Shown here: positions 17,538-24,366 of the stretch, piece by piece
Layout of the letters: the number at the start of each line of letters is the position of its first letter
Numbering within the stretch: the first letter of the stretch is position 1
Position numbers and translations under genes: made by a program
The notes under the pieces: model-generated
Seen by the model: the letters and a program-made list of their open reading frames with translations, nothing else
Databases searched by the model: none
Told to the model about the DNA's origin: nothing
DNA from: Promethearchaeota archaeon
Lineage (GTDB): Archaea; Asgardarchaeota; Lokiarchaeia; Sigyniarchaeales; SOKP01
DNA: 24,366 nucleotides
Direction of reading: 5' to 3'
Assembly (NCBI GenBank): GCA_048938855.1
Contig: JBHLLT010000034.1
Span: forward strand, 1 to 24,366

Positions 17538-18092
17538 AATTTATTTGTATATGCTTAGAGTTCTTAATTATTATTGTAAAAATCTAATACCTGTCCATTA
17601 GATTAAAGCATTTTGCAATTAAAATAAGCTCTTACTATTAGATTTTAATAGATAAAAAATGTGATCTTTACCTTAATTGTAATATTTAAAAAATCTCTGA
17701 AATCTTTTATAATAGTAAGAAAAAATAAATTTTTATTAATGTCAGATAAAAATTGGAGATTTAAAATAACTCCTTCTATCAAAAATTAGAGCAATTCTAC
17801 AAGTAAAGGCCTAGAATTTAAATTTTTAATGTAATTATAAAATAAGTGTTTAAAAGTTTTAATGCTCTTTCAATGAAATATATATGTAGATTAATAATAT
17901 TTTAAAATCAAAATGAATTTGGCGAGAATTTTTTCATTTTTGGCAAAAAAAAATAAAACTTTTTATATTGTGCTATAATTTAAAATAAATGTCCAAATCC
18001 ATAGATATTAGATTTTAGTGTCTAAGATAGAAGTTAACGGGATGAATAAAAAAAATAATAGCCTTTGAGTAAAAGATTTAATGTAAATACTT

Positions 18093-21000
18093 ATGATTGT
18101 TCCATATGAGTCTTTGATTTTATTTATTGGATTTTTCAGTTTATTTTTTTTTAGATATAAAAAAGGCAGGAAATCAAGTTTTTATCTGTTTTTAATTTTA
18201 TTTAGTTTTATCCTACTTATTAGTTGTCCTACCAATCTAGAACTCAACCAACGTAATAATAATATCGAAACGCATGATGAAGATATTCCCAAATATCTTA
18301 AAGAATCAGGTTATTGGTTAGTAGATCATATTGAAATTGATCAAAATGATGCCGCGAAGACTTGGGAAGTAATTAATCAAACATATCCATGGTGTACTGG
18401 TAATGGAATAGTTAATGATCCGTATATCATTGAAAATGTATCTATTAATGCTATAGACTATGAGATAGGGATCTCTATTTCTGGTTCTAAGGGGATATAT
18501 TTCATTATTAAGAATAATATAATACAAAATGCAACTATAGGCATCCAATTAGAAAATACTGATGGTGGGATGATTATCAATAATACCATTTCAAATAATA
18601 AAAATATCGGAATCCTAATTCACAATTGTAAAAAAAATAATCTAATAGATAACGAAATACGAAACAACACGAATTACGGGATATTTTTAAATGGGCCTAA
18701 TAGTAAGAACAACAATTTTTATAAAAATAAATTTTTTGAGAATGGAAGACATGCTATAGATGATGCTAAGCCTAACTTTAATTCATGGTACAACTCCTCA
18801 ATTGGTAATTATTGGGATAATTACACAGGAAAGGATACTAATGATGATAATATTGGAGATATCCCCTATGATTATATCTTTGGTAAAGCTAATAGTCAAG
18901 ATCTTTATCCAATTTGGTGGGATGCTCCAAAACTCTTAATATCTTATCCATCAAACTATTCAACTTATGGAACATTTGCTGCAGATTTTAAAGTAGTGAT
19001 AGATGAAGGGAAAGGAGATACGTTTTGGTATGAAATAGCAAATAAAAATTCTTCATCTTTATCATTATCAGGAGAAATAGATGAAGAAATTATTAATGTT
19101 TTTGAACAAGATTTATGGGATAACTTGAATAATGGGACACATAAAATTAGATTTTATGTAAATGATTCGAAAGGATATATCGGTATAAAGAATATAATAG
19201 TTAAGTTAGTTATACCTTCACTGGACAATTGGTGGAATTCATCATATACGTATCGCGTGCCATTAAAATTGGTCAACAAATATACAAAGGTCCTACCTGA
19301 AGGTTACTCCGTAAACGTTTCAATAAATACAGTAAATTTAATTTCTGCTGGAAAACTTAGAGATGATGGAAAAGATCTACGTATAGTATGGTATAACGCA
19401 AGTGATGATACTTGGATGGAACTTAATCGAATAAATGAAACATATTTTAACACAGTTGATACTCGCATATGGTTTAAAACTCAATCTTCCGTAATTCCAA
19501 ACACATATGATGGTAGTTATTACCTTTATTATGGATGTAATGATTGTAACGAGCCTTTAACAAATAAAAGCAAAATCTATGATTTTTTTGACGATTTTGA
19601 TCAACCTGATGGACCAGCAAAAGGTTGGAATGTCATTAATGGAACGTGGTCTATAAATAATAATGAATATTTAGAACAACAATTTGTGGTGGATGGTAGA
19701 AGTTTATTAAATACCTATACCATAGAGAATGCTTCAATTGAAATTCTTATAAATAGTAGTGGTGGTAATTTCGGAGCGGGAGTAATGTTCCGGCATCAAA
19801 ATAACCAAAACTTTTATGCTGCAGGGATTGGATTCTGGGAGTATGAAGTTGCTATTGGAAAATGGACAAATGATGCCCCCTATACACTTGACAATACACT
19901 AGATAATGAATCAGTATTGATGGATAGCCAATGGTATCACCTGAAAATCGAGGTTTTAGGATCAAATTATTTGGTATATTTAAATGGAATTTTAAAGAAT
20001 AATATAACTGATACCGATCATTTAAATCCAGGTCAAATTGGCTTAATGACTTGGACTACAAGCGCAATTTCATCTTTTGATGATTTAAAAATTAGACTAC
20101 TAGTTCCTAATGAACCAATAATATTTTTAGGTTCTGAAGAGGCATTAAAACCTCAATTCAATTATATTATCGAAGCTGCAGATCCTATAGAATTAGGTAA
20201 TAATGTAGATATCACTGTTAATGTTACAGATCTTATTGGTATCATTCAAGTATTAATAGAATTTAATGAAAATAATTATTCAATGATCTATATTGGAGGA
20301 GATTTGTGGCAAAATGACACTTGGACACCACCTTCTACAGGGAACTATACTTATATAATCTATGCCCAAAATTTTAACTTAAAATGGAACTCTATTATTG
20401 GTTCTATTCAAGTGATAGATACAACCCCCCCTACTTTTTCAGATTTAATTGAAAGTTCAGATCCATTAGAATTGGGTAATATTGAGAAAATTACAATTAA
20501 CGCGTCTGACTTCTCAGGAATACATCAAGTTTTACTTGAAATCGAGGGATCTAACTATTCTATGGTGAATATTAATGGTAATAGATGGCAATATGATGCA
20601 TGGATTCCAGATTCTATAGGTATTAAACCTTATACAATACATATAGAAGATAACAATAATAACTGGATTAATATTAGTGATTTAATTAATGTCATAGATA
20701 CAGTAGATCCAGTACTAATAATTAATGAACCTTCTGAAGGTCAACCAATAGGATCAACTAGTCCACATTTTAATGTAATAATACTTGACAAGAGTTTAGA
20801 AAGTATGTGGTATATCTTAAATACTAATCCTATAAAACATTTCTTTGATTCAAATAATTCTATAGATCAAACAGCATGGAATGGTTTATTAGACGGACCT
20901 AATACAATTTATTTCTATGCTAATGACTCAGCCGGTAATGAAAACTTTAAATCAATAAATGTATATAAGGATTCTAATTATCCTTCTGTTAATATTATTT

Positions 21001-24000
21001 CTCCACTTGGAAATGAACTCTTTAATAATACCATCCCAGATTTTACCGTTAGAATTAGTGAAGAAAATCTAGATAAAATGTGGTATATCTTTAATGCTGA
21101 ACTAGTTAAACACTTCTTTCTTGAAAATGGGACTTTAGGAGGATGGTCCGATTTATCAGATGGACAAATTACAATTACTTTTTATGCAAATGATACAGCA
21201 GGGAATTTAGCTTCTGCTTTTGTTATGGTATATAAAGATACGAATATACCTTCCATTAACATTATTTCACCTATAGGAGGGCAATTCTATAATAATACTC
21301 CTCCAAGTTTCACTGTTGAGATATCTGATAACAATCTAGATAAAATGTGGTACACACTGAATACCGAAATTACGAAATATTATTTTGAAACTAATGCATC
21401 TATAGATGTGAGTGCTTGGAATTCTATACCAGATGGCATCGTTAATATAACGTTTTATGCAAACGATACTGCTGGCAATGTACAATACGATAAGACCCAA
21501 GTTAATAAGGATACAGTATTGCCTACTGGATCCATCGAGATTAATGGGGATGCTACGTGGAGCACCTCTACAACCGTAACTCTTACCTTAACATATAGTG
21601 ATGATAATTCTGGAGTTAATCATGTACGTTATAGTAATGATGGAATTTCTTGGTCTCCATGGCAAAGTCCCATTGATGTTCGATCATGGACCTTATCCCC
21701 TGGTGATGGATTTAAAACAGTATATTATGAAATAAAAGATAATGCAGGAAGTGTCTCTCAATTTAATGACACAATCGGGCTTGATACAGTTGATCCTACT
21801 GGTTCCATCGAGATTAATGGGGGTGCAATATGGACCACCTCTATAAATATAACTCTCACCTTAACCTATGATGATGCTACTTCAGGAGTTTTAGAAGTAC
21901 GCTATAGTAATGATGGTAGTTCATGGACAGGATGGGAAGCAGCAAATGCTACTAAAGCATGGACTCTTAATCCTAGCAATGGAATTAAAACAGTATATTA
22001 TGAAATAAAAGATAATGCAGGAAGTGTCTCTCAATTTAATGACACGATCGGGCTTGATACAGTAGATCCTACTGGATCTATTGATATTAATGGTGGAGAT
22101 ACCTGGTCTACCTCAGCCAGTGTAACTCTTACTTTAACATATAATGATGCTACTTCCGGAATTGATCTAGTACGTTATAGTAATGATGGTACTTCATGGA
22201 CAGGATGGGAAGCAGCAAGTGCTACTAGAGCATGGACTCTTAATCCTAGCAATGGAATTAAAATAGTATATTATGAAATAAGAGATATAGCTGGAAGAGT
22301 TTCTCAATTTAACGATACTATTGGGTTTGATACATTAGAGCCTTCAGGGTCGATAGTTATAAATAATGGTGATGCTTGGACTGCCTCAACCAGTGTAACT
22401 CTCACGTTAACCTATAACGATGCAACTTCTGGAATCGATCAAGTTAGGTATCGTAATGAAGGCGGTTTATGGACGGCGTGGGAAGCAGTTAGCGACACTC
22501 GGATCTGGACACTGACTTCTGGGGATGGAACTAAAACGGTATATTACGAAATAATGGATAAAGCGGGCTTAGTCTTTCAAACTAATGATACTATAGAGTT
22601 AGATACAACAGGACCTACAGGTTCTATCATAATCAATGATGGTGATATCTGGACCAATTCTACAAGTATTATATTGTCCTTATTTTATGATGATATTACT
22701 TCTGGAGTTGATCAAGTACGCTACAGTAATGATAGCATTTCTTGGTCTCCATGGGAAGCAGCTACTGATACCCGGCTATGGACACTTCCTTCCGGAGATG
22801 GACCTAAAACTGTATATTATCAAATAATGGATAATGTGGGGTTAATATATCAATCTTCTGATACTATTGGACTTGATACTATTCATCCTTCAGGTTCCAT
22901 TATCATCAATAGTGATGATGCATGGACGACCTCCCCCAGCGTAACTCTCACGTTAACCTATAACGATGCAACTTCTGGAGTATCAGAAGTGCGATATAGT
23001 AATGATGGTAGTTCATGGACCGCATGGGAAGCACCAAGTACTACTAAAACATGGGTGCTTAGTTTTGGGGACGGAACAAGAATGGTTTATTATGAAATTA
23101 AAGATAATGCAGGTTTAACTTATCAAATCAATGATACTATTGGATTGGATACCACTAGACCTACAGGTTCAATCGAAATTAATGGTGGTTATCTTTGGAC
23201 TAATACTACGAGCGTATCACTAGCATTAACTTATTATGATGCCACTTCTGGAGTACTTGAGGTACGTTATAGTAATGATGGTAGTTCATGGACCGCATGG
23301 GAAATGCCAAGTGATACTCGGGAGTGGACCCTTTCTTCTGGTAATGGATATAAGATTGTATATTATGAAATTAGAGACAATGCGAGTTTAATCTTTCAAA
23401 CAAATGATACTATTGGACTTGATACTACTCATCCTACTGGCACTATTATAATTAACAGTGATAATGCATGGACTAGCTCTATCAGCGTTACTCTTACATT
23501 GACATATGAGGACACGACTTCTGGAGTACTTGAAGTACGTTATAGTAATGATGGTATTTCATGGACTGATTGGGAGACACCTAGTGCTACAAAAGCATGG
23601 ATATTAACTACTGGGGATGAAATTTCTAAAGTTGTCTATTATCAAGTTAAAGATAATGCTAGTTTAATTTTTGAAGATACGGATACTATTGGCCTTGATA
23701 CAACTTTACCTATAGGATCCATAATAATCAACAATGATGATGTATGGAGCACATCAACCAGTGTAACTCTCACCTTAACCTATAATGATGCCACTTCGGG
23801 AATTGATCAAGTACGGTATCGTAATGAAGGTGGCTCATGGACCTCTTGGCAAGCAGCTAGTGCCACTCGGAGCTGGACACTCACTTCTGAGGATGGAGTT
23901 AAGACTGTATATTATGAGATAAGGGATAATGCGGGTTTAATCTTTCAAACTAATGATACTATAGAGTTAGATACAACCGGACCTACCGGTTCTATCGAAA

Positions 24001-24366
24001 TTAATGATGACGATACTTGGACTAATTCTACAAGTGTAATATTAACTTTAATTTATGATGATATTACTTCTGGAGTTGATCAGGTACGTTACAGTAATGA
24101 TAGCATTGACTGGACTCCATGGGAAGCTGCTAGTGATACACGAGCTTGGACACTTCCTTCCGGGGATGGACCTAAGACCGTATATTATGAAATAAGGAAT
24201 AATGCAGGAATAATTTCTCAATTTATTGACACTATTGGACTTGATACTACTGATCCTATAGGAACCATCATAATCAACAATGATGAGGAATGGAGTACCT
24301 CTCCTGACGTAATTCTTACTTTAACATATAATGACGTCACTTCTGGAGTTGTTCAAGTACGTTACA
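18093..24366 (+). CDS. Giant modular cell-surface glycoprotein (>2,090 aa, runs off the window): TM/signal - NosD/CASH beta-helix - Ig-like - DUF2341-like - ConA-like - multiple Ig-like repeats
   Basis: Manual translation of frame 3 from ATG 18093 (MIVPYESLILFIGFFSLFFFRYKKGRKSSFYLFLILFSFILLISC...) shows no stop before the window end. Motifs: WCTGNG...DPYIIEN, GI.L/I Asn-rich coils, GNYWDNY.G.D.NDD.IGD.PY, WWN..Y.YR...GKL..DG.DLRI...IWFK...YYLYYG, FFDDF...W....G.W...WYHLKI...G.IGL....FDD, F.ANDT/SAGN repeats, and 91-aa repeats. Absent from the ORF track, presumably because it has no stop in the window. Confidence 0.92.
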   Translation, partial: MIVPYESLILFIGFFSLFFFRYKKGRKSSFYLFLILFSFILLISCPTNLELNQRNNNIETHDEDIPKYLKESGYWLVDHIEIDQNDAAKTWEVINQTYPWCTGNGIVNDPYIIENVSINAIDYEIGISISGSKGIYFIIKNNIIQNATIGIQLENTDGGMIINNTISNNKNIGILIHNCKKNNLIDNEIRNNTNYGIFLNGPNSKNNNFYKNKFFENGRHAIDDAKPNFNSWYNSSIGNYWDNYTGKDTNDDNIGDIPYDYIFGKANSQDLYPIWWDAPKLLISYPSNYSTYGTFAADFKVVIDEGKGDTFWYEIANKNSSSLSLSGEIDEEIINVFEQDLWDNLNNGTHKIRFYVNDSKGYIGIKNIIVKLVIPSLDNWWNSSYTYRVPLKLVNKYTKVLPEGYSVNVSINTVNLISAGKLRDDGKDLRIVWYNASDDTWMELNRINETYFNTVDTRIWFKTQSSVIPNTYDGSYYLYYGCNDCNEPLTNKSKIYDFFDDFDQPDGPAKGWNVINGTWSINNNEYLEQQFVVDGRSLLNTYTIENASIEILINSSGGNFGAGVMFRHQNNQNFYAAGIGFWEYEVAIGKWTNDAPYTLDNTLDNESVLMDSQWYHLKIEVLGSNYLVYLNGILKNNITDTDHLNPGQIGLMTWTTSAISSFDDLKIRLLVPNEPIIFLGSEEALKPQFNYIIEAADPIELGNNVDITVNVTDLIGIIQVLIEFNENNYSMIYIGGDLWQNDTWTPPSTGNYTYIIYAQNFNLKWNSIIGSIQVIDTTPPTFSDLIESSDPLELGNIEKITINASDFSGIHQVLLEIEGSNYSMVNINGNRWQYDAWIPDSIGIKPYTIHIEDNNNNWINISDLINVIDTVDPVLIINEPSEGQPIGSTSPHFNVIILDKSLESMWYILNTNPIKHFFDSNNSIDQTAWNGLLDGPNTIYFYANDSAGNENFKSINVYKDSNYPSVNIISPLGNELFNNTIPDFTVRISEENLDKMWYIFNAELVKHFFLENGTLGGWSDLSDGQITITFYANDTAGNLASAFVMVYKDTNIPSINIISPIGGQFYNNTPPSFTVEISDNNLDKMWYTLNTEITKYYFETNASIDVSAWNSIPDGIVNITFYANDTAGNVQYDKTQVNKDTVLPTGSIEINGDATWSTSTTVTLTLTYSDDNSGVNHVRYSNDGISWSPWQSPIDVRSWTLSPGDGFKTVYYEIKDNAGSVSQFNDTIGLDTVDPTGSIEINGGAIWTTSINITLTLTYDDATSGVLEVRYSNDGSSWTGWEAANATKAWTLNPSNGIKTVYYEIKDNAGSVSQFNDTIGLDTVDPTGSIDINGGDTWSTSASVTLTLTYNDATSGIDLVRYSNDGTSWTGWEAASATRAWTLNPSNGIKIVYYEIRDIAGRVSQFNDTIGFDTLEPSGSIVINNGDAWTASTSVTLTLTYNDATSGIDQVRYRNEGGLWTAWEAVSDTRIWTLTSGDGTKTVYYEIMDKAGLVFQTNDTIELDTTGPTGSIIINDGDIWTNSTSIILSLFYDDITSGVDQVRYSNDSISWSPWEAATDTRLWTLPSGDGPKTVYYQIMDNVGLIYQSSDTIGLDTIHPSGSIIINSDDAWTTSPSVTLTLTYNDATSGVSEVRYSNDGSSWTAWEAPSTTKTWVLSFGDGTRMVYYEIKDNAGLTYQINDTIGLDTTRPTGSIEINGGYLWTNTTSVSLALTYYDATSGVLEVRYSNDGSSWTAWEMPSDTREWTLSSGNGYKIVYYEIRDNASLIFQTNDTIGLDTTHPTGTIIINSDNAWTSSISVTLTLTYEDTTSGVLEVRYSNDGISWTDWETPSATKAWILTTGDEISKVVYYQVKDNASLIFEDTDTIGLDTTLPIGSIIINNDDVWSTSTSVTLTLTYNDATSGIDQVRYRNEGGSWTSWQAASATRSWTLTSEDGVKTVYYEIRDNAGLIFQTNDTIELDTTGPTGSIEINDDDTWTNSTSVILTLIYDDITSGVDQVRYSNDSIDWTPWEAASDTRAWTLPSGDGPKTVYYEIRNNAGIISQFIDTIGLDTTDPIGTIIINNDEEWSTSPDVILTLTYNDVTSGVVQVRY
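20148..20696 (+). repeat. Two ~92-aa Ig-like repeats (DP.ELGN...I..N..D..GI.QVL.E...NYSM..I.G..WQ...W.P type)
   Basis: Clear pairwise similarity between ~20148-20417 and 20418-20696. Confidence 0.75.
20697..21509 (+). repeat. Three diverged ~90-aa Ig-like repeats (MWY...W..L.DG...I.FYAND.AGN type)
   Basis: Units start at 20697, 20970 and 21237. A related fourth copy lies at ~18920-19215 (FWYE...W.NL.NG...I.FYVNDSKG). Confidence 0.8.
21510..24366 (+). repeat. In-frame tandem array of 273-bp (91-aa) Ig-like/beta-sandwich repeats, 10 complete plus 1 partial
   Basis: Units begin DT..P.GSI.IN at 21510, 21783, 22056, 22329, 22602, 22875, 23148, 23421, 23697, 23970 and 24243. Unit 8 is 276 bp. Consensus: W..S.SVTLTLTY.D.TSGV..VRYSNDG..W..WE....T..W.L..GDG.K.VYYEI.DNAG......DTI.L. 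Confidence 0.95.

Noticed and set aside
18318-18548. 76-aa - strand ORF
   Set aside because: Antisense to the giant surface-protein ORF.
22636-22827. 63-aa + strand ORF
   Set aside because: Out-of-frame overlap within repeat unit 5 of the giant ORF.
21510-24366. Repeat array as a CRISPR array or a DGR template/variable repeat pair
   Set aside because: Units are 273 bp, in frame and protein-coding, with no repeat-spacer structure. No reverse transcriptase is in the window, and the differences are not restricted to adenines.

Overview
Very AT-rich prokaryotic window. It is most likely an Asgard archaeon of the Lokiarchaeia/Promethearchaeota type; this is inferred from the archaeal Cdc6/Orc1, single XerA-type recombinase, TATA-type promoters, TTG starts and the style of the giant surface protein. 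The left 17 kb is mostly housekeeping and redox: PmbA/TldE (5'-truncated), a hypothetical protein, a DUF362 Fe-S protein, a small Zn-ribbon protein, cdc6/orc1, xerA, two tandem thioredoxin-reductase-fold flavoproteins (one canonical, one lacking both CxxC and the NADPH motifs), a SAM methyltransferase, a membrane-anchored beta-lactamase-family serine hydrolase, a K+-independent-type membrane pyrophosphatase, two CCG/Fe-S proteins, a GlcD-like FAD oxidoreductase and a small wHTH protein. The right 6.3 kb is one uninterrupted ORF (18093 to beyond 24366, >2,090 aa) that the ORF track missed. It encodes a modular surface glycoprotein (beta-helix, DUF2341-like, ConA-like, three kinds of Ig-like repeat) ending in a 273-bp tandem array with 5-unit higher-order periodicity and mosaic identity. 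The most notable non-coding signal is a 28-bp 11-6-11 dif-like site (4621-4648) between the xerA stop and the cdc6 promoter.
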